This document shows, one piece after another, positions 14,937 to 23,186 of a stretch of 32,000 nt of DNA (position 1 is its first letter; every line of letters begins with the position of its first letter). Below the pieces are notes generated by a model, which ran no database searches, was not told the origin of the DNA, and saw only the letters and a program-made list of their open reading frames with translations. The position numbers and the translations under genes were made by a program. Source of the stretch: an uncultured Gammaproteobacteria bacterium (GTDB lineage: Bacteria > Patescibacteriota > Microgenomatia > Daviesbacterales > UBA10151); assembly GCA_964360965.1 (NCBI GenBank), contig CAYHYM010000001.1, positions 1 to 32,000 on the forward strand, given 5' to 3'.

Positions 14937-16737
14937 ATTTGACTTGGTATGTTCCTTTAACCAGAGTATAAGACCCTCCCGGACCTGATGTAAACAGGAT
15001 GGAGGATAAACCTGTTTCATAATCTATTATTGACTCATTGGTTATTTTTATTTTCCAGGCTGTTATCTCTTTAAATTGGTTATTATTACCCGGATCAATA
15101 ATTCCTTTGTCCGCATAAAATACTCCGCTATTGCCTACATTGCCAATGGTGATGGCACTATTGTTATTGGTTCTTGAATCATAAGTAGACAAAAGTACCA
15201 GTATACTGTTTCCTTCACCCGTACCCAAGAGTTTATTTTGATTACCCATGATAGCCTTTCCATTAGTTCCATCAGTCCCTAAAACTATTATCCCGGAACC
15301 AGTCCCATAAGAGGAATCTAGTATAAACCTATTCTCATTACCCATGGTAATATCTCCTGCTATCCATATCGGAGTTTTTACCTTAATGATGCACTGATTG
15401 CCCAAAGTCAGGTTGCCGCTAAATTTACCCGGGCCCCAGGCAGTTTGTGAACCGCAAACAGGTTGCGAAAGGGAGCCTGCAGCTACCGCCTCATTTTTCC
15501 ATCCTGTTATATTAGCTTCGGATATAGGGAAGGTTTTGGGAGGGGGGTCTTCCGATCCAGGATGACAGTGTGAATTGGGACAAGCACTACCTGAAACAGT
15601 TGAATTAGTAATAGTCTGATAATAAGCATCTTTATCTATAATCAATCTGTCTATTGTATTTGCATGAGCATCACCGTTAACCCTAGTATTATTTCCTGAA
15701 AGCAGGGAATTGGTAGTTCCGCCCATATAAGCCTTAAAGCTTAGGTCTCCGGAAAAGGAATTCCAGCTAGGATTAGCAGCACTCCAGTTAGGTGACCATT
15801 TAGGTTGACCATTGTTGTAGCTTTGAGCCAAGTCATTTTGCCATGACCAGTAATTATTATTATCAGAGGAAGTATCGACCATAATCCAATAAGAAATGTC
15901 TGCGGAGAGTGTGGGATTTGTGGAAAAGGTCACATCTATCCATCCGTATTCAGTTATCACCAAGCTGCTTGAAAGAGTTCCTGTAGCAAATACCTCATTT
16001 TTTTTAGGCTGTCCGCTATCGTCACCCAAAATTCTGACAGTTACATCCGGAGGATTACCGAATTTTTTTAACTTGAGAGAGACTTTTCTTATTTTATTTG
16101 TCACTTGTGGCCTAAAGCTTTGAGCAATATCCAATCTGTTTTGACTGTCAATTGTTTTCCCAAATAAATAGTCTACACAATTTGATCCTTCACAATCTGT
16201 CTGCTGATCGGCAGTCGGAGGAACACCTGCTGCCACCCATGCATCACCGGTGATAATATTACCATTACCCATAATGATACTGCCGTTTGAATAAATCGAA
16301 CCTTTAATTGTATTTTCATTACCAAGCTGTAATCCTCCTTCTCCCACCTGTATACCGTAAATAAAGGCCGCCCCAACTCCTTTGGAAGTCTCTATCCTTA
16401 AGGTCTTTTTAACCTTGGGGGAAGTTTTATTGGGGATGTATCCGGTGGAGGTGATAACTTTGGTGGCTACATCTTTAGTGGTAATAACAACAGCATATGA
16501 TCCGTCTGATAAAGCTGTCTCTGTCTCACCTGAATAACTGCCGCCGGTTTTATTAAGTGATACCAAAGCCTTATCCACTCCGGCTTCAGCCAGACCAAGG
16601 GCTTTTTCCGATCTGGTTGAGTAAACGGCATTTTGCCAATATACTTGAGCCCCTCCTATGATCACCAAGGTCAATACCAGCATCACCCCCACCACAATCA
16701 GCACTATGGGAAAAATCTGACCCCTTGAACTAATCAT
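14935..16737 (-). CDS. 600-aa PilX_N-type anchored pilus-associated protein; putative tip adhesin
   Basis: N-terminus RGQIFPIVLIVVGVMLVLTLVII followed by ALGLAEAGVDKAL, a PilX N-terminal-type motif. There is no Glu at +5. Gly/Asn-rich beta-helix-like repeats occur (GNENTIKGSIYSNGSIIMGNGNIITGD, MGNENRF, MGNQNKL). Confidence 0.6.
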   Translation of the reverse strand: MISSRGQIFPIVLIVVGVMLVLTLVIIGGAQVYWQNAVYSTRSEKALGLAEAGVDKALVSLNKTGGSYSGETETALSDGSYAVVITTKDVATKVITSTGYIPNKTSPKVKKTLRIETSKGVGAAFIYGIQVGEGGLQLGNENTIKGSIYSNGSIIMGNGNIITGDAWVAAGVPPTADQQTDCEGSNCVDYLFGKTIDSQNRLDIAQSFRPQVTNKIRKVSLKLKKFGNPPDVTVRILGDDSGQPKKNEVFATGTLSSSLVITEYGWIDVTFSTNPTLSADISYWIMVDTSSDNNNYWSWQNDLAQSYNNGQPKWSPNWSAANPSWNSFSGDLSFKAYMGGTTNSLLSGNNTRVNGDAHANTIDRLIIDKDAYYQTITNSTVSGSACPNSHCHPGSEDPPPKTFPISEANITGWKNEAVAAGSLSQPVCGSQTAWGPGKFSGNLTLGNQCIIKVKTPIWIAGDITMGNENRFILDSSYGTGSGIIVLGTDGTNGKAIMGNQNKLLGTGEGNSILVLLSTYDSRTNNNSAITIGNVGNSGVFYADKGIIDPGNNNQFKEITAWKIKITNESIIDYETGLSSILFTSGPGGSYTLVKGTYQVK

Positions 16738-17290
16738 TTCTCAAATTTGCCTCTGATGTGGCCACATTTGTCTCCTCTTCTCTGCCTGTTTTTTGTTTTA
16801 ACCTTAAGGTAATTTTGACTTTGACAGCAGAGGTGGGGGAAACTGCTATCCCCAAGGAGTCAAAATAGGCAAAATTAACACTGTCCACATTCAGTGACAA
16901 TATTTGATCCTGTGATTTTCTGCTACTTAAACTATCGGGGAAAAGCTTAAAAATTAGTTTGTCTGAATCTTTACTAAAAACCACGAAGTCAAAAGTATTT
17001 ATTAAAACATTGTCAGAAGAATCAATGGAGGGAATTTTTAAAACCACTGTTGAAGAGGAAGAGGTGTAATCAGGGGAAATCACAGGATATCCGGATGCCA
17101 CAGATTGGGCCTCCTTTAAAAACCCCCGGATTTTACTCAGAGTGTCATTGATTGATAAACCTTGAGAAACTTTTTGAGATTGATTATAGAAAACCCCGCT
17201 GCCTTGTACCAAAATCCCAAGCAGTAGCCCTCCCACTAAAACTGCCACCACTGAAGCGATGATGACCTCAGGCAGGGTAAAACCTCTCAC
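16730..17290 (-). CDS. Prepilin-type minor pilin
   Basis: MRG|FTLPEVIIASVVAVLVGGLLLG is a class III signal with Glu+5. Confidence 0.75.
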   Translation of the reverse strand: MRGFTLPEVIIASVVAVLVGGLLLGILVQGSGVFYNQSQKVSQGLSINDTLSKIRGFLKEAQSVASGYPVISPDYTSSSSTVVLKIPSIDSSDNVLINTFDFVVFSKDSDKLIFKLFPDSLSSRKSQDQILSLNVDSVNFAYFDSLGIAVSPTSAVKVKITLRLKQKTGREEETNVATSEANLRND

Positions 17291-17709
17291 AATCCTCCTT
17301 CTGAGATCAAAGTCTGCAATTTAACTTCTCTATCTTTACCTTCCTCTTTCCATTTCACAGATGCTATAACATTTTTGGCATTTTCAGAAAGGGTACAAAC
17401 ACTGGCAGGACAATTCTCCACCAGGGTTTTCCCCAAAGAAGAAGGTAGCAGATTTAACCTGGAATCTATAATATTATTTTCACCGTCTGCCAAATTAATA
17501 TAACCTGTGGTCCTTTTATCCTCCAAAGCTTTGCTGGCTATTTCCCGGGCCAAACTTTCATGTCGCGATCTTCCAATCAGGTTAACAGAGGGGGGGATAT
17601 TGGCAATCACCAGAATTAAAAAACCAACTGTGGCTATCACCAAAAGTATCTCCACCAGGGAAACACCTTTACTTTGAAATTTCTCCTGCTGAAAAAATGG
17701 CATAGTCAA
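17287..17709 (-). CDS. Prepilin-type minor pilin
   Basis: ...QSKG|VSLVEILLVIATVGFLILVI with Glu+5. Its start overlaps the end of the upstream gene. Confidence 0.7.
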   Translation of the reverse strand: MTMPFFQQEKFQSKGVSLVEILLVIATVGFLILVIANIPPSVNLIGRSRHESLAREIASKALEDKRTTGYINLADGENNIIDSRLNLLPSSLGKTLVENCPASVCTLSENAKNVIASVKWKEEGKDREVKLQTLISEGGL

Positions 17710-18550
17710 AATAAAGGGGGACTACTTTTTTTAATTCAAATATCTGAACTTTTCTTTGGACCTCACCTGAGACTCCGGTGGAGGTAAAAATCCTGGCCTG
17801 AGGAGGCAGTGAACACCCAGGATTACAGCTCCCCACAGGCGATACAGCCAAAGGTTGAGCGCTACTGTTATATAAAAATCTGGTCCTTACCAGAATTAAT
17901 TTTGGTAAACCACTGGCTGAATTTGGCAGGCTGGATAAGGTGATCTTGCATTTAAAAGGTCTGTCATTGGTACCTGCGGAAAAACTGGTGGTAATTTGGT
18001 AGTTGGTACACCCTCCACCGTAGTCCGCGGGAGCTTTAAAACCATTATCCCCTCTACCTCCAACACCTTCAACCGGGTCAATAAAAAACTTTTGAGCTTT
18101 GTAACCAAGCGCATCTTGATATACCACACTCACCTCCAGGGCTGGTTGTTCTCTGCCGGATGAGGCAGTTGTCCCCCAATAAAGATCAAGGCTGGTTTGA
18201 GTATAGTAATTTTTTAAACTATCCGGATCTGCCAGCCAAACATGAGCAATATCTTCTTTACCCAAGGGGGGATATTCTAAGGCTTGATTTTGGGCGGGAA
18301 TGGAATTTTTGACAACTTGTTCGATCTTGGACTGGTTTCCCAATTCAATGGGGGAGGTGATACCAATATCTCCTTGTAGAGCTTTTTCAATACCCGCTTC
18401 TGCCGCAGAAAAGGCCCGGGATGATTGTTCTACTTTGGTGGCGGTTGAAACATCTACCAAACTTTTTTGCACTATTGAAAGACCGATGGCTAAAGCCATA
18501 GTCATAACCAGGATGAGGGTTAGTATTAACTGACCTTTTTGGTTGTTCAT
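17669..18550 (-). CDS. PilX_N / GspK-like pilus protein lacking Glu+5
   Basis: MNNQKG|QLILTLILVMTMALAIGLSIV, then RAFSAAEAGIEKAL, a PilX N-terminal-type motif. Confidence 0.6.
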   Translation of the reverse strand: MNNQKGQLILTLILVMTMALAIGLSIVQKSLVDVSTATKVEQSSRAFSAAEAGIEKALQGDIGITSPIELGNQSKIEQVVKNSIPAQNQALEYPPLGKEDIAHVWLADPDSLKNYYTQTSLDLYWGTTASSGREQPALEVSVVYQDALGYKAQKFFIDPVEGVGGRGDNGFKAPADYGGGCTNYQITTSFSAGTNDRPFKCKITLSSLPNSASGLPKLILVRTRFLYNSSAQPLAVSPVGSCNPGCSLPPQARIFTSTGVSGEVQRKVQIFELKKVVPLYFDYAIFSAGEISK

Positions 18551-18570
18551 ATATTCACGTTATCATATGG

Positions 18571-19197
18571 TCACCGCAGTTGTATAGTTGTTTCAAATCT
18601 TACAGGATCAATCTGTCCAGCCACAGAGGGAAGAGCATTAACCGCCGGGGAAAGAGTAAAGTTAATTTTTACCCCATCCTTAAACCCGGCTGACCGCTCT
18701 CTGGCAAAACTACCATTTATGGAAACTCCGCTTTGAGGATTTGTATCAGTTAAAACTAAAGCAGCCGGCATCGGATTATCGCTTGTGCAAACTCTGTTAA
18801 CAAAAACTGTATCTGTTTCTTCTTTACCGGTGGCTGGATCTAATTGTTTGACTGGATTATCTTGTTGGATTAAACCATTGCTATTGGGAGCTGAAGGGGT
18901 AAAAGGAATAAATCTGTAGCGGGTATAGATGCCTTTACTGACTACTACCAAATTAGGGGAGGAGGCAGTGGTAGCAGGAGAAATAATCGCCGGACAAACT
19001 ATATGATCTGCATTTCTAATCACACTGGTCATACTTTCCAAAACTGATTGCCCATTTTGTTTAATGGCAATTAAAATTTGTGATTTGTTATTTCCCCGCA
19101 AACTGCCGGAGAATATAGCCAGCACTAAAACTCCCGCAATAGATAAAACCCCTATCACCACCAAAACTTCTGCTAAGGTAAAACCTCCCTTTTTCAT
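18571..19197 (-). CDS. Prepilin-type minor pilin
   Basis: MKKGG|FTLAEVLVVIGVLSIAGVLVLAIF. Confidence 0.75.
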   Translation of the reverse strand: MKKGGFTLAEVLVVIGVLSIAGVLVLAIFSGSLRGNNKSQILIAIKQNGQSVLESMTSVIRNADHIVCPAIISPATTASSPNLVVVSKGIYTRYRFIPFTPSAPNSNGLIQQDNPVKQLDPATGKEETDTVFVNRVCTSDNPMPAALVLTDTNPQSGVSINGSFARERSAGFKDGVKINFTLSPAVNALPSVAGQIDPVRFETTIQLR

Positions 19198-19682
19198 ATT
19201 TTCCTCAAGATTGTGGTTAATCTGGACTCATGAGGACCGGAAACATCTGTCCAGGTTACCACCACCGTGATTTTCTTTTGATCCACTGCTGTATCTTCAA
19301 TAAAAAACTGTCTTCTGAATCCTGCAGCAATAGTTTCTGAGTTAGCCGCAGTTGCATTTGTTAATACCCCAGATGCGTTAAAAAAGAAGTAGCAGCTACC
19401 TACAGGACAACTGGATTGGGTAGCAGGACAAGTGGGTGGAACGCTGGAACTACAGGCAGTAGAACTGGACCAAATTCCCGTTCCAGTGGTATCCCTATCT
19501 CTTAAACCTCTGACTTTCTCCAATCCCTGTTGTGCCAATTTTGTGGCCTGGGCTTGATTTTGAGAAAAGCTGGCATTTCGCAACGATGCAATAGTGGCAA
19601 AGGTTAAAGCAGCCACTACAATTATAATTACTGCAATCACCACCACCAATTCCATTAAACTCTGACCTTTTTCACTGAACAT
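19194..19682 (-). CDS. Prepilin-type minor pilin
   Basis: MFSEKG|QSLMELVVVIAVIIIVVAAL with Glu+5. Confidence 0.7.
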   Translation of the reverse strand: MFSEKGQSLMELVVVIAVIIIVVAALTFATIASLRNASFSQNQAQATKLAQQGLEKVRGLRDRDTTGTGIWSSSTACSSSVPPTCPATQSSCPVGSCYFFFNASGVLTNATAANSETIAAGFRRQFFIEDTAVDQKKITVVVTWTDVSGPHESRLTTILRKI

Positions 19683-20238
19683 CTATGGCTCCTCCTTGGG
19701 ATATTGTAAAGCATGCTTTAGCATCATTTTTCTGATTCCTTAGTACTATCATCAAGGTTGAAGCGCTGGTAATACAAGAATCCCCACCGGCAAAACCCAC
19801 ATTCCCATTCAGAGCAGTAAAGTTCACAGTTAAAGGAGGGGGGAAGGTTGAACCATCCGGAGGGCAACTTGCATTAGGAACAGGTGAACATTGGATTGAA
19901 ACTACCTCTGCACCTTCAAGAGTTTGTACTTTTTGTTCAGATTCTAGGGTTCCACAGGTTAATGATAGCTTAAGCTTATTCCCATCAAACTTAACTGACC
20001 AAGGAACACCGCCTTGATTATTACATAGGACTCCGGCCGTGGCATTGGCTTGAGCCAGCCTTAAATAGGTCTGAATTTGACCAACAGCTTTGTTTAAAAC
20101 CTGATCCTGGGTAAAATTCTTAAAGTTGGCAAAAACTACAATTCCCACCAGGGCAGTAATGGTAATCACCACCAAAAGTTCAACAAGGGTGAACCCGCTT
20201 CGACCTCGAAGCGAGGCGAGACCACGGACAGTTTGCAT
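19672..20238 (-). CDS. Prepilin-type minor pilin (GspH/FimT-like) whose leader is encoded by a GC-rich element
   Basis: MQTVRGLASLRGRSG|FTLVELLVVITITALVGIVVF. Leader codons coincide with the palindrome at 20196-20213. Confidence 0.75.
   Translation of the reverse strand: MQTVRGLASLRGRSGFTLVELLVVITITALVGIVVFANFKNFTQDQVLNKAVGQIQTYLRLAQANATAGVLCNNQGGVPWSVKFDGNKLKLSLTCGTLESEQKVQTLEGAEVVSIQCSPVPNASCPPDGSTFPPPLTVNFTALNGNVGFAGGDSCITSASTLMIVLRNQKNDAKACFTISQGGAIDVQ
20194..20220 (+). repeat. Family-1 GC-rich element, short copy
   Basis: CCCGCTTCG...AGCGAGGCGAG, the same termini as the recG element. It contains the palindrome CGCTTCGA-CC-TCGAAGCG (20196-20213). Confidence 0.7.
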
Positions 20239-20285
20239 AATTTAAACGTACCATATTTCCTGGGCAACTACCAACTGGATTACCC

Positions 20286-21050
20286 ACACCCGGTGTGTAC
20301 AAGGTAGACACATCGGGGTTATTCTGCAATAAGATGTTTTATTTGATCTAATTTCCTCTGATAATCCATCTGGTCAAATGTAAATTTTTTAAACTGATTC
20401 AATGAACGAAAATAGGCCAATAAGAACTTTTTATCCACAATGATATTCAATTTTTGTTTACCGAGGTATTCTGAAAAAGAGCACCATGGATAATTTTCCA
20501 ACTCTTCAGGCTTTTTAATGATATAAGCAGTTAGGGGATTAAGATGAATGTAACGAGCTACATGAACTAATTGCTCATCAGTCTCAATTCTAACTGCCTT
20601 AAATCTTGATTGGAAAAGTGACCCATTTCTATCATTTTTAGTATTAAAATATTTTGCATAGCTATTTTGAAAGTTTCTTGTAAAAGTGGTTATTCCGCCA
20701 CTATTTATCTCCTTAATTAAAAAATGAATGTGATTTGGCATTAAACAATAAGCTAAAACTTGTATCAATCTTTTGCCAGTTTGCTCTAAACTTTTTAAAA
20801 ACTTCGTCTTTTGGTCTTCAGCTAATCGATTAAAATGAGAGTAACGTAAAGTTAGTTTTTCAAATGTGTAAAAATAGAGTGTTTGAAGTGCTCTCTGATA
20901 ATCCCTTTCATTGATAAAGATTGGCAGACGTGCCACACTCCGGTTGAAAATATGATAGATTTCACCTTCAACAATCGGTACTTTGCGGTAGGGCATTATT
21001 CCAGATTACGCTGTACACCCCGGGGTGTCAAGCTACCACACACCCGGTGT
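20286..21050 (-). mobile_element. REP/RAYT-type unit: a Y1 (HUH) transposase gene bracketed by ~33-nt imperfect inverted repeats
   Basis: The left arm is ACACCCGGTGTGTACAAGGTAGACACATCGGGG (20286-20318). The reverse complement of the right arm (21018-21050) is ACACCGGGTGTGTGGTAGCTTGACACCCCGGGG. They match at 25 of 33 positions by hand alignment. Each arm contains sub-palindromes (ACACCCCGGGGTGT at 21015-21028). Confidence 0.7.
20319..20996 (-). CDS. REP-associated tyrosine transposase (RAYT, IS200/IS605-like Y1 HUH family)
   Basis: HUH motif in CLMPNHIHFLIKE and catalytic Tyr context ARYIHLNPL. YHIFNRSV is a typical RAYT N-terminus. The 225-aa ORF is intact. Confidence 0.8.
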   Translation of the reverse strand: MPYRKVPIVEGEIYHIFNRSVARLPIFINERDYQRALQTLYFYTFEKLTLRYSHFNRLAEDQKTKFLKSLEQTGKRLIQVLAYCLMPNHIHFLIKEINSGGITTFTRNFQNSYAKYFNTKNDRNGSLFQSRFKAVRIETDEQLVHVARYIHLNPLTAYIIKKPEELENYPWCSFSEYLGKQKLNIIVDKKFLLAYFRSLNQFKKFTFDQMDYQRKLDQIKHLIAE

Positions 21051-21056
21051 AGATAT

Positions 21057-21557
21057 CTACGGTCTGGTAAGCCCGTAGTTGAGGCGATTATCAGGGGGTG
21101 AGCTGCAGACTGGATCACTGACCTGACCGGCCCCTTTATTTTCTAATCTGGTGTACAAACAATAACAGATACAACCGGCAGGGTTAACTGCACTGCAGCT
21201 GCCACCTGGTTTACAATCTAATGTGCCAAAAGCCACGTAAGTATAATCCGGCTGGGGAACAGAATCATTAGGCACCCTGGTTAAATAGACAAACTTTTTA
21301 CCGGCTGCATTAGTATAAGACAACTCACTGTCTGGTATAACACTAAAAGGGTAAAACTTTTGGTCAGCATGGTATTGTTGCAAACCGCTTTGGATGAATT
21401 TTAAATCTGACAGTCTTTTGCTATCTCTGGAGGCCTTATAAACTGCCTGATAAGTGGAAAAACCAAGCGCAGTTAAAATGGCAATAATTGAGATGGCAAT
21501 CAACAGTTCCACCAAGGTGAAACCTTTTTTAGAATTATCTATCCGGGGATGCTTCAT
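21057..21557 (-). CDS. Type IV pilin paralog
   Basis: MKHPRIDNSKKG|FTLVELLIAISIIAILTALGF, with C-terminal Cys residues. The ATG at 21557 is preferred over 21593, which extends into the upstream gene. Confidence 0.75.
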   Translation of the reverse strand: MKHPRIDNSKKGFTLVELLIAISIIAILTALGFSTYQAVYKASRDSKRLSDLKFIQSGLQQYHADQKFYPFSVIPDSELSYTNAAGKKFVYLTRVPNDSVPQPDYTYVAFGTLDCKPGGSCSAVNPAGCICYCLYTRLENKGAGQVSDPVCSSPPDNRLNYGLTRP

Positions 21558-22164
21558 AAATTTGATTTGAATAAGAGCCTCCAAAAGCTGCACACCAAAT
21601 ATCTGAAGCAGTAGACCTTAATGATGAATTGTATTTCCAGTTTTTAAGTCCGCATCTTTCAGAATCATTGGTATTTTCCAGCTGTGCTGTCAGGTCATAA
21701 GTTTGACCATCAGCAGTAACATTTCCATAAGTATAGGAATAATTTCCACCAACCCAAGGACCATTGGCATTATTGATAGGGTCAATTGGTAGCCTGGGAG
21801 TAATACCACCATTGACTAAAGCAGGAATCCAACCCTCTCCTGTAGTACTGTAGACATAACAATTGGATCCGTAAGCACAACTACCAGCAGTGGGATACTT
21901 ACCAGCACCAGCACGATAAGCCTCCAAATAGGTATTGATTTTATTAAGATCAGCTTTTCTTTTAGCATCTCTGGCATTTTTTTGAACACCTGAGTAGGCA
22001 GCTATACCTATCACAGAAAGAATACCAAGAATGGTAATAACAACCAGCAATTCAACCAGGGTGAAACCCTTCGACTCACTATGCTCGCTCAGGGCAAGGC
22101 CACGTTTATCCTGAGCAAACCTGTACTGAGCGGAGTCGAAGTAGTCGAAGGAGGCAGATTTCAT
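21535..22164 (-). CDS. Type IV pilin paralog with an unusually long (41-aa) predicted leader built from family-2 elements
   Basis: ...FDYFDSAQYRFAQDKRGLALSEHSESKG|FTLVELLVVITILGILSVIGIAAYSGVQKNARDAKRK. The true start could be internal and non-ATG. Confidence 0.7.
   Translation of the reverse strand: MKSASFDYFDSAQYRFAQDKRGLALSEHSESKGFTLVELLVVITILGILSVIGIAAYSGVQKNARDAKRKADLNKINTYLEAYRAGAGKYPTAGSCAYGSNCYVYSTTGEGWIPALVNGGITPRLPIDPINNANGPWVGGNYSYTYGNVTADGQTYDLTAQLENTNDSERCGLKNWKYNSSLRSTASDIWCAAFGGSYSNQIYEASPDR
22069..22150. repeat. Inverted pair of family-2 GC-rich motifs
   Basis: The left arm is CTTCGACTC (22069-22077) then CGCTCAG (22086-22092). The right arm is CTGAGCGGAGTCGAAG (22126-22141), whose reverse complement is CTTCGACTCCGCTCAG. 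A duplicated TAGTCGAAGG follows (22142-22151). Confidence 0.7.
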
Positions 22165-22175
22165 ATTCTTGTTTA

Positions 22176-22184
22176 ATTATAACA
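22176..22184 (-). promoter_or_regulatory. Extended -10 element TGTTATAAT between pilin paralogs
   Basis: Minus strand reads TGTTATAAT, 11 nt, ATG (22164). No clear -35. Confidence 0.35.
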
Positions 22185-22187
22185 TAA

Positions 22188-22751
22188 TTAATCATCACTG
22201 GTAATTACATAAGCATTATCCCAGCCTGGTCCGGTTATAGCTGCCCCATTACAATCTTTGACTAATCTTAAGCCGTTACGATTAGCATCATTTTTATTTT
22301 CCAAAAGAGCCACTAAAATAAAAAATTGTCCTTTTTTCGCAGCACAAAGCGCACTATGGTAACCTCTGTAGCCATAGTAGTAGCCTGTTTCTAAATTATT
22401 CCAGACCGTACCTGGTCCGCTGTTAAGAGGGTCTGTGGGCATCCGGCTGATATAACTACTATCCAAATTTTTCTGGGTGTCTGTACAACCTGCAAAATCC
22501 TCATCAGTAATCCAACTACCACCACTGGCAGAAGATTTCCAGACATTATCACCGGGACAAGGATAGCGGTTATTTTTTTGATAATACAACTCTAGAGCCA
22601 CCTTTACAGCTCTTAAATCATCTTTTCTTTTAGCATCCCGGGCATTTTTTTGAACACCGGAGTAGGCAGTCAAACCCACCACTGATAAAATAGCCAAAAT
22701 AGTGATAACAACTAAAAGTTCAACGAGGGTGAAACCGGATCTTGGCCGCAT
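22188..22751 (-). CDS. Type IV pilin paralog
   Basis: MRPRSG|FTLVELLVVITILAILSVVGLTAYSGVQKNARDAKRK. Confidence 0.8.
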   Translation of the reverse strand: MRPRSGFTLVELLVVITILAILSVVGLTAYSGVQKNARDAKRKDDLRAVKVALELYYQKNNRYPCPGDNVWKSSASGGSWITDEDFAGCTDTQKNLDSSYISRMPTDPLNSGPGTVWNNLETGYYYGYRGYHSALCAAKKGQFFILVALLENKNDANRNGLRLVKDCNGAAITGPGWDNAYVITSDD

Positions 22752-23152
22752 TATTGTTGGTTAGACTTACAAAAAGTGCCGGTAGAACTTTCAATGGTGG
22801 CGCAAACTTTGTAAGTTGCACCTGACGCACTTTCATTAGCAGCTCCACCGCTATAATCATAAGCAACATTAGTCAGGGGATCTCTGGGGATTGACTGGTT
22901 GCTAAACCATGTTGCCTGAAGTGCCGGATAATTTGGGGTAGTTTGACTGTAATGAACTTCCCAGGCTTTAGAAATGGCATCTACATCTCCTCTTCTTTGA
23001 GCATCTCTGGCATTTTTTTGAACACCAGTGAAGATGGTAATACCAATTACTGACAAAATGGCAATGATAGTAATAACAACTAACAGCTCAACCAAAGTGA
23101 AACCAGATTTGTTTACACTAAAATTTATTGAAGTGGGCAGATACTTTTTCAC
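22751..23152 (-). CDS. Type IV pilin paralog
   Basis: GTG start; ...SVNKSG|FTLVELLVVITIIAILSVIGITIFTGVQKNARDAQRR. Confidence 0.8.
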   Translation of the reverse strand: MKKYLPTSINFSVNKSGFTLVELLVVITIIAILSVIGITIFTGVQKNARDAQRRGDVDAISKAWEVHYSQTTPNYPALQATWFSNQSIPRDPLTNVAYDYSGGAANESASGATYKVCATIESSTGTFCKSNQQ

Positions 23153-23186
23153 AATGATTTATCATTGCCATAATCTGGATTGATTG

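Noticed and set aside
20286-21050. The RAYT flanking repeats as the source family of the dispersed GC-rich elements
   Set aside because: I see no sequence similarity between ACACCCGGTGT...CGGGG and either CCCGCTTCG...AGCGAGGCGAG or CTTCGAC..CGCTCAG. A link cannot be claimed from this window.
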